Shown: one piece after another, positions 26,448 to 34,724 of the stretch
Numbering within the stretch: position 1 is the stretch's first letter
Layout of the letters: each line of letters begins with the position of its first letter
Assembly (NCBI GenBank): GCA_031270385.1
Contig: JAISXS010000047.1
Location: 1-34,724 of the forward strand
Source of the DNA: Puniceicoccales bacterium
GTDB taxonomy: Bacteria; Verrucomicrobiota; Verrucomicrobiia; Opitutales; JAIRKQ01
Direction: 5' to 3'
Length of the DNA stretch: 34,724 nt
Notes under the pieces: generated by a model
Told to the model about the DNA's origin: nothing
The model's input: only the letters and a program-made list of their open reading frames with translations
Databases searched by the model: none
Program-made: the position numbers and the translations under genes

Positions 26448-26510
26448 TACTTTGCTATCAATTGCCGTTCCGGTGAAGGCGACCGAGCGGCACAAACCGA
26501 GGGACAAAAC

Positions 26511-26867
26511 ATGCCAAAAGTAACAAATGTGGTCGCTACAAAGAAGCGACGCAATAGGGTTTTAGCAGCTACGCGTGGCTACTTTGGAAACAAGTCGCGG
26601 CTGTTCAGATATTCCAAAGATGCAATGTGGCGTGCTGGGAAGTTTGCGTATCGTGATCGCAAGCGTAAAAAAACTAACATGCGTCAGCTATGGATTGTTA
26701 GGATAAATGCCGCATGCAGAGCAGGCGGAATGGCCTATAGCCGGTTTATTGCTGGGCTAAAAGAGTCTGGCATAGCGATGGATCGTCGCTCTCTCAGCGA
26801 ATTAGCGATCCACAGTCCGGGGGCTTTCGAAAAAGTTATTGCGATGGCGAAGGCTGCTTTGCGATGA
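26511..26867 (+). CDS. rplT: 50S ribosomal protein L20
   Basis: MPKVTNVVATKKRRNRVLAATRGYFGNKSRLFRYSKDAMWRAGKFAYRDRKRKKTNMRQLWIVRINAACR is the canonical L20 N-terminus. Confidence 0.95.
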   Translation: MPKVTNVVATKKRRNRVLAATRGYFGNKSRLFRYSKDAMWRAGKFAYRDRKRKKTNMRQLWIVRINAACRAGGMAYSRFIAGLKESGIAMDRRSLSELAIHSPGAFEKVIAMAKAALR

Positions 26868-26872
26868 TTTTC

Positions 26873-27015
26873 ACCTGTTCCGGTAGGGGCATTGGGCTTG
26901 GCGTCGGTAGCGCAGTGCTGCGGTCCGGACGATTCAGGTGCCTTGAGTAGCGGATGAGGGTTTCCGCGATCCGGAAGGGTGCTGCCGCGGGCAGTTATGG
27001 CTGCCATGCTCAGCA
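26873..27015 (+). ncRNA. GC-rich, hairpin-dense segment; candidate structured RNA or leader relic of unknown class
   Basis: Visibly more GC-rich than its surroundings. There is a long-range pairing CACCTGTTCCGG...CCGGACGATTCAGGTG and mutually exclusive hairpins CTGCC-gcg-GGCAG-ttatgg-CTGCC. It contains TCCGGAAGG (SRP-RNA-like) and AGGGTGCTGCCGCGG (T-box-like), but I could fold neither canonical structure by hand. Confidence 0.25.
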
Positions 27016-27027
27016 AATGCGTCTTGT

Positions 27028-27302
27028 CTATAGTCGTCTTACTTGAGAAAAGCATTCTGTTTGACGATGTCTAACGGCAAAATTCCCGTTTTTTGGAATT
27101 AGGGAATGTGCTTTTCTCGGGGAAGATGACTATATTTAACGGAAAAATTCCCGTTTTTTTGGAATGGAGGGTGTGCTTTTCTTGGGTAAGATTGCTATAT
27201 GTAGTCATCTTATTCGAAAAAAGCGTATTATTTTTCGAAAAAACGGGAATTTTTCTGCTGAATATTGTTGAATAGGATGCTTTTTTCAAGTAGAGCACTT
27301 AT
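27028..27302. repeat. MITE cluster: one complete unit (27029-27134), one 5'-truncated unit (27135-27199), one complete inverted unit (27199-27302)
   Basis: CTATAGTCGTCTTACTTGAGAAAAGCAT...GTGCTTTTCTCGGGGAAGATGACTATA; ...GGTGTGCTTTTCTTGGGTAAGATTGCTATA; TGTAGTCATCTTATTCGAAAAAAGCGT...GGATGCTTTTTTCAAGTAGAGCACTTATA. Confidence 0.75.
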
Positions 27303-27374
27303 AACGATGCCCAGCGAGAAAATTGTCATTTTCATGAAAAATACGCCCCTCTCAATCGAAATTATTATAGAAAT

Positions 27375-27477
27375 TATAGTTATCTTACTTGAAAAAAACA
27401 TTTTATTTAACGATATTTAGCGGAAAGATTCCCATTTTTTGGAATATAGAGTGTGCTTTTCTTAGAAAAATGACTAT
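27375..27477. repeat. Single complete MITE
   Basis: TATAGTTATCTTACTTGAAAAAAACAT...ACGATATTTAGCGGAAAGATTCCCATTTTTTGGAATATAGAGTGTGCTTTTCTTAGAAAAATGACTATG. Confidence 0.75.
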
Positions 27478-27710
27478 GGAAATTGGAACGAAGCCATCTT
27501 AAAATTAAGAATATGCTCGGCAGATAAAAGATTAGCGTGCATTGCCACTCGCTAAGATCGCACACACGCCTTTTTCCCCACTTTTACTACGCTCTCACTT
27601 GTTTGTTTATGAGTTCCCCAACCTAGTTCGGGCGGCTACTGCCCACAGAAAGCCGGTTGGCAGTGAAAATCTCGCTTGCCAATCGGCGAAGATTTCTAGA
27701 CTGCGCCAAA

Positions 27711-28664
27711 ATGGTATTGCATTTAACGGCATTACTCCTGGTAGTTGGGTTTGCATTTTTGACGATCGGAGCGAACATGCTCTGCGATTCCGTAATACAC
27801 ATCGCACACAAGTTACACGTGGGCCCCATTGCCGGAATACTCCTTATGTCAATGGTGACGTCTGCGCCGGACTTCATGTCGTCCGTAATGGCCATACTAA
27901 ATGGTAATCCCGATATGCCAATAGGTAACATTCTCGGTAGCAATTTTATTAATTTGACCCTCGGATTCGGTGTGGCCTCGCTGATCACGCCATTCCAATG
28001 TGAAAAAAAAGTTACCAAAGTGGAATTTCCATTGCTGTTCTTATTGACCCTATTTTTTACGTTTTGCTGCGCGAATGGGAAACTTTCCAGGGGCGAGGGA
28101 ATTGCCCTTTTGGTTGTGTTTTGTTGCTATATTTTTTTTACATTTGCCAAAAAAAAGCCGGATGTCTGCATTGATGTGAAAAATACAGACACGGGTTTCA
28201 ATGTATGGACAACTAAGAAAAGTGTACTAGTTTTCCTGACAGCGGCATCTCTGCTGGCGTACGGGTCTAACCTTGTCGTTAATCATTGCCGCGAAATTGC
28301 TGATTTTTTCAAGATTCCCAAAATTGTCATAGGATTTTCTCTGGTGGCATTGCAGACCAGTGCTCCAGAAATTTTCGTCGTCGCGATGGCAGCGAAGCGG
28401 AGAGACTACACGATATGCGCCGGAAATATCCTCGGATCTAGTCTGATAAATCTGATGTTTGTCAGCGGACTTTGTGCAGCGGTATACCCACTGCACTTCG
28501 AAAAAAACATTTTCATGAAAAACGCAACAGCACTAATCTTTGTAACTGCCCTCGATTGGTATATTTTCTACAAAAAAAGAATATTTTCAAGAATATATGG
28601 GGTGATACTTGTGGTAACGTACCTGGTAGTGACGCTAAACTCAGTGCTCGTGAAAGATATTTGA
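27711..28664 (+). CDS. Ca2+/Na+ (CaCA-family, YrbG-like) antiporter
   Basis: Two alpha-repeat signatures: GILLMSMVTSAPDFMSSV...GNILGSNFINLTLGFG and GFSLVALQTSAPEIFVVAMAA...GNILGSSLINLMFVSG. Start set at MVLHLTALLLVVG (27711). Confidence 0.85.
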   Translation: MVLHLTALLLVVGFAFLTIGANMLCDSVIHIAHKLHVGPIAGILLMSMVTSAPDFMSSVMAILNGNPDMPIGNILGSNFINLTLGFGVASLITPFQCEKKVTKVEFPLLFLLTLFFTFCCANGKLSRGEGIALLVVFCCYIFFTFAKKKPDVCIDVKNTDTGFNVWTTKKSVLVFLTAASLLAYGSNLVVNHCREIADFFKIPKIVIGFSLVALQTSAPEIFVVAMAAKRRDYTICAGNILGSSLINLMFVSGLCAAVYPLHFEKNIFMKNATALIFVTALDWYIFYKKRIFSRIYGVILVVTYLVVTLNSVLVKDI

Positions 28665-28843
28665 TGTGAATTTCACTGCGAAACCGAACCATGCCTCCCT
28701 ACAGAGCCGCCACAAACTCAACCGCACAAAACAAAAACACACCCAGCAAACAAAGAAACCGACGTCGCACTGCCATACATTATGACGACCGGCGCGTCCA
28801 CACCATCATTTCTTCCGCTTGAACTACACTCCCCAACCCACTA

Positions 28844-28912
28844 CCATAGCTATTTTATCTGAGGAAGGCGTGCTCTTCTCTATAAAAAGGAAGATCTTCC
28901 CGCTAAGTATCG
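28844..28912. repeat. Degenerate or rearranged MITE fragment
   Basis: A left-type TIR (CCATAGCTATTTTATCTGAGGAAGGCGTGC) is followed by the internal segment in the opposite orientation (GGAAGATCTTCCCGCTAAGTATCGT). Confidence 0.5.
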
Positions 28913-29013
28913 TTGGACGAAACGCCCCCGTCGAGTGTGACAACCACGCAAGCCCCGCACCCCGACTTCGTCCTTCCAGTCCTAATCCCACAACACCAAT
29001 GGGCGTCCACTAT

Positions 29014-29331
29014 CTACTTACGTTCTTTTAGGCTCAACCCGGAAAACAATCCATTTATATCTCCCTGATTTATGCTTCCCTGATTCATAACCTGACTTGT
29101 GTATGTCGAGTTTGGGCGTCCACTGTCCCAGTACTTTCGCTCCGTGTCCCCCTGATTCGGTACCGGACTCGTGTCTTCCTTGTGCCATTGATATCCGTCC
29201 CACCCTTTTTGCTGAAAGCTGGTCGACGAAAAAATGGCTCCACCAGACTCATCACCACCGATTTTCCAATTGACGTCATCTCCGATCGATAAGTCCAGCG
29301 ACATATCACCAGTATTTTTTACATTTTCCAT
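29014..29331 (-). CDS. Possible small Gly/Asp/Trp/Gln-rich protein (105 aa from the first ATG)
   Basis: This is the only sizeable ORF in the gap between the antiporter and tkt. The track start is TTG; the first ATG gives MENVKNTGDMSLD. The Shine-Dalgarno is weak and competing ORFs in other frames cover the same DNA, so coding status is doubtful. Confidence 0.25.
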   Translation of the reverse strand: MENVKNTGDMSLDLSIGDDVNWKIGGDESGGAIFSSTSFQQKGWDGYQWHKEDTSPVPNQGDTERKYWDSGRPNSTYTSQVMNQGSINQGDINGLFSGLSLKERK

Positions 29332-29476
29332 TGTCTTCGAACTAAATCTATGTCCCAATTAAATGTCAACACTAAAAATGGAATAACTACAAAAAAAATT
29401 ATGGAAACCGCGTCCCCGGACCGGTATTTTTATGTTTTCGATTGTAACACTGCGACGAAATAGCAACCTGCGCAAA

Positions 29477-31456
29477 ATGAGCGATGGAGACGTAGAAAAA
29501 ATATTGATGACTGCGGCAAATGAAACACGTGGGTTAGCAATGGACGCCATTGCAGCCGCGAACTCTGGGCACTTGGGCATGCCAATGGGATGTGCCGAGA
29601 TCGGCGCCGCGTTGTTTGGGATACTTTTGAATTTTGACCCAAGTCATCCGGATTGGATAAACCGCGATCGCTTCATTTTATCAGCTGGCCACGGCAGTAT
29701 GCTCCTCTACGCCTGGTTGCACCTCGCCGGCTATGAAATCTCGATGGATGATATAAAAAATTTTCGAAAATCCAATAGCAAGGCACACGGCCATCCGGAA
29801 TTTGATAAAAATTCCGGGATTGAATGCACGACTGGTCCGCTCGGCCAGGGGGTAGCCAACGCTGTCGGCATGGCGTTATCCTGTAAAAAATTAGCTGTAA
29901 TGTGCAACACTGCTGAGCATACGATCGTCGATAATCGCGTCGTTTGCCTATGCGGCGACGGATGTTTGCAGGAAGGAATTTCCTCCGAAGCGTGCTCCCT
30001 CGCCGGTCACTGGAGATTAGACAATTTAATAATTGTCTTCGATGCAAACGGGGTTACGCTGGACGCCGACCTGTCAAAATCGCAGAGTGAAGATGTCCCC
30101 AAACGCTTCGAGAGCTATGGTTTTGAAATATTTCGAAGCAATGGGAATAATATTCGTGATTTCGTAGCCACATTCCGCAACGCAGAATTGTCGGGATCCG
30201 GTTGTCCGAAATTGATAATCGCAGAAACCATCATCGGATTTGGAATAGACGAAGTCGCCGGAACAAACAAGGCACACGGCGCAGCCGGCATACAATTTTC
30301 CAACGCAGCAAAGGGAAAATTGGGGTTGCCAGCGGAAAAATTCTTTGTTTCCGATGGGACAAAGGAATTTTTCGCGAAAAAAAGGATTGAGCGCGGAAAG
30401 AGGTACGGTGAATGGTCAGAAACCTTTGGAGAATGGAAAACGAAAAATCCGAAATTGGCGGGTATGTTAGAGCGCAATGGACCGATAATTTTTGATGATT
30501 CAGGTACGATCGCGGAGTCAACGGCGGAAAAAATGTCGACGCGGGTAGCCAGCGGTAAAATTTTGCAAAAAGTTGCCAAGTCGAATAAATTAATGCTAAG
30601 CGGAAGCGCAGATTTATTCAGTTCGGCGTGCAATTACATTGCCGATGGGGGCGATTTTTCCGCGAAAAACGTTGCCGGAAAAAATATTTTTTTCGGTATC
30701 CGGGAGCACGCAATGGCCGCGATTTCCAATGGAATATCCTACGAAGGATTGTTTCGCATATGTTGCTCCACATTTTTGGTGTTTTCCGATTATATGCGGC
30801 CGGCGATGCGCGTTGCAGCGCTGGCGAAACTCGGAACAATATTTGTACTGACGCATGATTCAATAGCCGTCGGAGAGGACGGGCCGACGCATCAGCCGGT
30901 TGAAACAATTACATCCCTGCGCTGCATACCGAATTTGGACGTCGTGCGACCAGCTGATTATTGTGAGACCGCCGGGGCGTGGGAACTAGCAATCGCAAAT
31001 GCGAACCGACCGACTGCGTTGATTCTGTCCAGGCAGGATCTGTCGTCGCTGGAGTGGATTAATTCGGTAAAAAAACGAAGGGGAGTTATGCTCGGTGCGT
31101 ACGTCGCACGGGAAGAAACAGGGAATCTGGAACGCATAATAATTTCGTCGGGTAGCGAACTCCACTTGGCACTTCATGTGGCTAGCTTGATGCACGGTAC
31201 CCGCGTTGTCTCGATGCCTTGCATGGAGGCATTCGATCGCCAACCAAAACACTATGCGGAAGACGTTTTGCCGAAAGCGTGCAAAAAAAGAATAGCCATC
31301 GAGGCTGGAATTTCCATGCCTTGGCATAAATACGTCGGTTCTGATGGAAAGGTAATATCCGTCGATGATTTCGGATACAGCGGTCGTATGTCCGATTTAC
31401 TCAATAGTTTCGGAATAACGTTGGAAAATTTAAAGGAATTCGCAGAATGTCCCTGA
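29477..31456 (+). CDS. tkt: Transketolase
   Basis: AANSGHLGMPMG, RDRFILSAGHGSMLLYAWLHLAGY, GPLGQGVANAVGMA, CLCGDGCLQEGIS and THDSIAVGEDGPTHQPVE are classic transketolase ThDP and substrate motifs. Start set at MSDGDVEKIL (29477). Confidence 0.95.
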   Translation: MSDGDVEKILMTAANETRGLAMDAIAAANSGHLGMPMGCAEIGAALFGILLNFDPSHPDWINRDRFILSAGHGSMLLYAWLHLAGYEISMDDIKNFRKSNSKAHGHPEFDKNSGIECTTGPLGQGVANAVGMALSCKKLAVMCNTAEHTIVDNRVVCLCGDGCLQEGISSEACSLAGHWRLDNLIIVFDANGVTLDADLSKSQSEDVPKRFESYGFEIFRSNGNNIRDFVATFRNAELSGSGCPKLIIAETIIGFGIDEVAGTNKAHGAAGIQFSNAAKGKLGLPAEKFFVSDGTKEFFAKKRIERGKRYGEWSETFGEWKTKNPKLAGMLERNGPIIFDDSGTIAESTAEKMSTRVASGKILQKVAKSNKLMLSGSADLFSSACNYIADGGDFSAKNVAGKNIFFGIREHAMAAISNGISYEGLFRICCSTFLVFSDYMRPAMRVAALAKLGTIFVLTHDSIAVGEDGPTHQPVETITSLRCIPNLDVVRPADYCETAGAWELAIANANRPTALILSRQDLSSLEWINSVKKRRGVMLGAYVAREETGNLERIIISSGSELHLALHVASLMHGTRVVSMPCMEAFDRQPKHYAEDVLPKACKKRIAIEAGISMPWHKYVGSDGKVISVDDFGYSGRMSDLLNSFGITLENLKEFAECP

Positions 31457-31475
31457 CAATGGTTTAGTTGTAATC

Positions 31476-34442
31476 ATGGGCGTACTAAAAAGACTGTTTT
31501 TTCTGGTTCTAGCACTGGCCGTGATCGCGGTTGCTGTGGTGATGTCGCCATTCGTACAAAAAAGTGTTGCAATGTGGTTTCTCAAAAAACACTTCGAGAA
31601 TGTCTCGCTGGAGAGAATTTCCGCTGGCCCGAAAACCATTAGAATATCTGGATTTTCGCTAGATGTTGGGAATACTGCGCTAAAAATTGGTGACTGCAAA
31701 GCGAAGTGGTCACTGCGGGAGCTAATATTTTCGAAGCGCATAAATATCAAGGATCTTACGATAAGTGGCCTGGGTCTTAGCGTGGTAAACGAAAGGGATG
31801 ATGGAGAATACAGTAGCATAAACTTGGATCCAACGGAAATTCACAGGGATATTACGGGGAAGTCAATTCCTGTTTTATATTTTGCCAGATTTGCAAGTAA
31901 TCCGCAGCTCCCAGTAAAGATGACCATAGATCACATGCACATCACTGGGTTCGTCAATTTAAGCGATGTCGCGGTGTCCGCAGTAACTTTGGACGGTGTT
32001 GGATTTGCCCCGCTCGGGACAGCAATTGTGAAAATAAATGCCGCATCGGATATCGATATCGGGCAATTGGGCCTAAATATAAATACCAACTGCGACATGA
32101 AAATTTTTCAATCAGATGAGGCCATTCTGAGTGACATTGATTGCAACCTTACCTGCGAGATGGCAAGGGGTCGAGGGCAACAAGTGAAAACATTCACGGC
32201 GATGTGCTCTTCAAAAATTGACGAATTTACAAACTTATACCATTTTTCCCTGAAAGATGCGAGTGCGCCTGAAACTGAAGATGTTTGCCGTGCCGATGTC
32301 AAGTTCGATAGGAAAAACGGCAAATTATTCGCATCCTATGCCCATGGTATCGATATCAATATGTTCAAGGAAATACTCGGTGAGCTTCAGCTGCCGAGAT
32401 TCGAAACGGACCTCAAATTGAATGGGGAATTCGAACTGGAAGAGTGGCAGGGTTTGCTAAAGGGATCCGGAAGATTGGCCATGGCTAATATATTTGTGAA
32501 ACAACTTCCATCACTAAGATCTGACTTGATGTTTTCTGGGGATTTTACCCTAAAAATGGTAAACGGCGTCTTGTCAATCAGTTCATTCAACGGAATTTGC
32601 GATAGCGTCGGCGATTCCCTGAGGATACTTTGCCATTCCACGAATCCGCTAACAATTTGGAGCAAGGCATACGGGTTCTCAGAGGAAGCGAGCATACTAA
32701 ATTTCGGACAAAGCATAGCGAAGGTGGTTATCGACCGTTTTAATCCAAAAATCATGTTCGCGGGAGGATCGTCAATTGTCGTTGATACCAAGGTTTCCGG
32801 CCAGTTCGATGTTCTGTCGAAAGGTGGCGAATTTTTCATTAAGCCAAGTGAAAATTGTCCGCTAAAGTTCGACAAATGCACGATCTCCGAAAGGAAGAAA
32901 AAATATTGTGATGGCGTAGATCTTTCGTGCCAATTGGATTTGACGCTTGGAAAAGGCATAGCAGTCAACTTGGACGAAGTTTCCATAGGAGTTGGAGAGG
33001 ATGATGACATAGTTGTAGGATCGGTATCGCTGGCATCCGCGGCTGACTCCAATAATTATGAAATATCATGCGATATCCTCGGGAACGCAGAGAAGTTGAA
33101 CAAATTATCGCCACTCTTTCGCGACATACCGCCGGTAAAGTCCGGAAGTTGTTCATTGCACGCGGACTTTACACGCAAAAATCTGGAAATTAACGCTAAT
33201 GCGGAAATTAAACTGAAATCTATCGCAGTAGGTGACAGAATGACGCCGGTTAGTGGTCAGATCGCGCTTACGGCTGCCCACACGCCCGAGTTGTCGAAGG
33301 TGAACGCGGAAGTAAACCTCAGTGGCAAGCATAGTACGGCTGCTCGCATGGCGTTTGAGGCGGCCACTCCACCGTCTAATCTTACGACAGATGTAAAGTT
33401 CGAGCTACGCGGAGACGCCATATCGCTACCCGACATCGCTACCATCATAGCGGTACCGTTAAAAATTTTTGAGGGGAGAAGCGGGTTTGCAGACGATTCT
33501 ACGGATATCACTGGGGATATGGACATCAAGATCATAAAAAAACCTACGACCTCGGAATGGTCCAGGTTTGCAGGTCGCGGGATAGCAAATGTTTCGAAAA
33601 TCTTCCTCTCCGATTCCTTCGCCATCGACAAATTTGAATTTTGCTGCCTAATTGATCCATCGGAAATTGACCTTAAAACCATAACTTTCTACGTGGCTGA
33701 ATCTCCATTTTCAACTGACGCTAAGCTAGAGTTTTTGGATAATGGAGCGAAAAATTCCTACGCATTTTCGATGCAAGCGGCATTTGATATGCGTGATATT
33801 GGAAAAATTTGCAAAATGCTGATGCCAGATAAACAGGCAGTCATGGAAGGCTCTGGAAAGATTACGGCGAAATTTGCATTGGAGGGAGATAGTGCCATTG
33901 AGACTGTCAGGGCAGCCCCTGGAACGGTTGACATCGAATGTTCGAACGGGGTCATACAGCCGACGAAGTGGCTGAACGAAAAAAATAACGCTATCGTAGA
34001 CGTCATCGGCCATGCTGGTGCGTTTTTAGCCCGAAGGGATATGGACAGCGGGTTCGGTGCCACAGCCGCCCTCATCGACAGTCTGAGATCCATAGAGTAC
34101 GATTCAATAAAAATCGCACTGAAGCGCAGGTCCGACCTAAATATTGCCATAACAGAGGGTCTTTTGGTCGGTCCAGAAATCCTTGTCGACGCCACAGGGA
34201 AAATTTCATACGTAAAATATAAGAATTTTTTGAGCTATCCGCTTACACTTAACGTAAAAATCGACGCAGCAGGAAATTTGGGTGACTGCCTGAGTCGACT
34301 TGGATTGACGCATGGTATCAACGACACGACGTACATGTCTGGACCAAGATTCTGCGTCAAAGGGACAGTCGGGAATCCAGACTATTCCGATCTCCCAAAA
34401 GTTTTATACCAAATATTTAGATTGGGCGTTCCAGCGAATTAG
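31476..34442 (+). CDS. Large inner-membrane-anchored, beta-rich envelope protein, AsmA/TamB/YhdP-like (tentative)
   Basis: N-terminal signal anchor (LFFLVLALAVIAVAVVMSPF), about 950 aa without further TM segments, and a C-terminal motif GPRFCVKGTVGNPDYSDL that resembles AsmA-family C-termini. It starts 19 nt after the tkt stop. Confidence 0.5.
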   Translation: MGVLKRLFFLVLALAVIAVAVVMSPFVQKSVAMWFLKKHFENVSLERISAGPKTIRISGFSLDVGNTALKIGDCKAKWSLRELIFSKRINIKDLTISGLGLSVVNERDDGEYSSINLDPTEIHRDITGKSIPVLYFARFASNPQLPVKMTIDHMHITGFVNLSDVAVSAVTLDGVGFAPLGTAIVKINAASDIDIGQLGLNINTNCDMKIFQSDEAILSDIDCNLTCEMARGRGQQVKTFTAMCSSKIDEFTNLYHFSLKDASAPETEDVCRADVKFDRKNGKLFASYAHGIDINMFKEILGELQLPRFETDLKLNGEFELEEWQGLLKGSGRLAMANIFVKQLPSLRSDLMFSGDFTLKMVNGVLSISSFNGICDSVGDSLRILCHSTNPLTIWSKAYGFSEEASILNFGQSIAKVVIDRFNPKIMFAGGSSIVVDTKVSGQFDVLSKGGEFFIKPSENCPLKFDKCTISERKKKYCDGVDLSCQLDLTLGKGIAVNLDEVSIGVGEDDDIVVGSVSLASAADSNNYEISCDILGNAEKLNKLSPLFRDIPPVKSGSCSLHADFTRKNLEINANAEIKLKSIAVGDRMTPVSGQIALTAAHTPELSKVNAEVNLSGKHSTAARMAFEAATPPSNLTTDVKFELRGDAISLPDIATIIAVPLKIFEGRSGFADDSTDITGDMDIKIIKKPTTSEWSRFAGRGIANVSKIFLSDSFAIDKFEFCCLIDPSEIDLKTITFYVAESPFSTDAKLEFLDNGAKNSYAFSMQAAFDMRDIGKICKMLMPDKQAVMEGSGKITAKFALEGDSAIETVRAAPGTVDIECSNGVIQPTKWLNEKNNAIVDVIGHAGAFLARRDMDSGFGATAALIDSLRSIEYDSIKIALKRRSDLNIAITEGLLVGPEILVDATGKISYVKYKNFLSYPLTLNVKIDAAGNLGDCLSRLGLTHGINDTTYMSGPRFCVKGTVGNPDYSDLPKVLYQIFRLGVPAN

Positions 34443-34542
34443 CAGTTGCCTTACCCGAGTAGGACATACTGTTCAGTAATGTTTGGTGGCAAAATCTCCA
34501 CACCTATGAAAAAACATCGTGCCCCTTTCAACTGAGGTAATT

Positions 34543-34612
34543 ATGTGTGGTCATCTTATTCGAGAAAAGCATATTATTTTTCATAGAAACTGGAGTTTTC
34601 CCGCAAAATATA
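34543..34612. repeat. Partial MITE adjacent to the right-hand IS end
   Basis: TGTGTGGTCATCTTATTCGAGAAAAGCAT-ATTATTTTTCATAGAAACTGGAGTTTTCCCGCAAAATATAG: a TIR plus the internal segment. Confidence 0.6.
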
Positions 34613-34622
34613 GCAGCTCCGG

Positions 34623-34724
34623 TTAAGAAAGGCACAAAAAAGCATGGTAAAGTGCATCGCCAAGGGAAGAGAAAAGAGGCAAGATATCCCTGAGTTTTCG
34701 TTTGAGTTTAGCCCAAAATTTTTC
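34623..34724 (-). CDS. IS630/Tc1-mariner-family transposase, 3' end only (gene runs off the right edge), a diverged second copy
   Basis: The reverse complement reads ...EKFWAKLKRKLRDILPLFSSLGDALYHAFLCLS*. It is collinear with the left-edge copy (EKFWANSKRKLSSILHLFASLADAIQYAFLK*). Nucleotide identity is obvious over GAAAAATTTTGGGCTAA.CTC.AAACGAAAACT. Confidence 0.7.
   Translation of the reverse strand, partial: EKFWAKLKRKLRDILPLFSSLGDALYHAFLCLS

Noticed and set aside
26112-26554. Minus-strand ORFs 26112..26507 and 26348..26554 across rpmI
   Set aside because: They are antisense to an unmistakable L35 gene and have no supporting signals.
26873-27015. Calling this segment SRP RNA (ffs) or a T-box riboswitch
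   Set aside because: The sequence echoes are partial. The SRP-like helix lacks the conserved symmetric loop. The T-box-like motif has UGC instead of the tRNA-pairing UGG, and there is no specifier stem or regulated downstream gene. It is reported only as an unclassified structured-RNA candidate.
27028-27477. Repeat arrays as a possible CRISPR locus
   Set aside because: The repeats occur in both orientations and carry terminal inverted repeats identical to the IS end. They have a conserved roughly 50-bp interior rather than variable spacers, and they are scattered over nine loci. No cas genes are present.
28819-29031. 70-aa plus-strand ORF in the C-rich tract
   Set aside because: It spans a MITE fragment and low-complexity Pro/Thr-coding C-rich DNA, and it has no Shine-Dalgarno.

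Overview
This window looks like a chromosomal segment from an AT-leaning Gram-negative bacterium; I cannot assign a taxon from the sequence. Housekeeping genes are present: glyQS-type glycyl-tRNA synthetase, exbB-exbD, a YuiF/NhaC-like transporter, gyrB-gyrA, rpmI-rplT, a CaCA antiporter, tkt and a large AsmA-like protein. Type III secretion (T3SS) genes are interleaved with them.

The main result is a tightly packed six-gene minus-strand operon at about 13.5-23.1 kb. It starts with a near-consensus promoter, then encodes a 186-aa protein, a 1565-aa repeat-rich protein, an LcrH/SycD-like TPR class II chaperone, and three paralogous hydrophobic translocator-like proteins of 395, 511 and 282 aa. 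The gene order echoes lcrG-lcrV-lcrH-yopB-yopD. It differs in having a giant protein where the tip protein normally sits, and a third translocator paralog with a roughly 235-aa acidic loop. I read this as a non-canonical T3SS tip/translocon module.

Elsewhere, a T3SS secretin (sctC) is start/stop-coupled (ATGA) to a CesT-like chaperone directly downstream of glyQS, with no other sct genes nearby. A 568-aa Ser/Thr/Pro-rich tail-anchored protein is a candidate effector.

Both window edges carry 3' ends of IS630/Tc1-mariner-family transposase genes, each pointing inward. The IS terminal repeat recurs in nine intergenic patches as roughly 100-105-bp MITEs, at least a dozen full or partial copies. 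These account for most of the short spurious ORFs in the track.

All functional calls come from reading the translations and motifs by eye. No searches were run.
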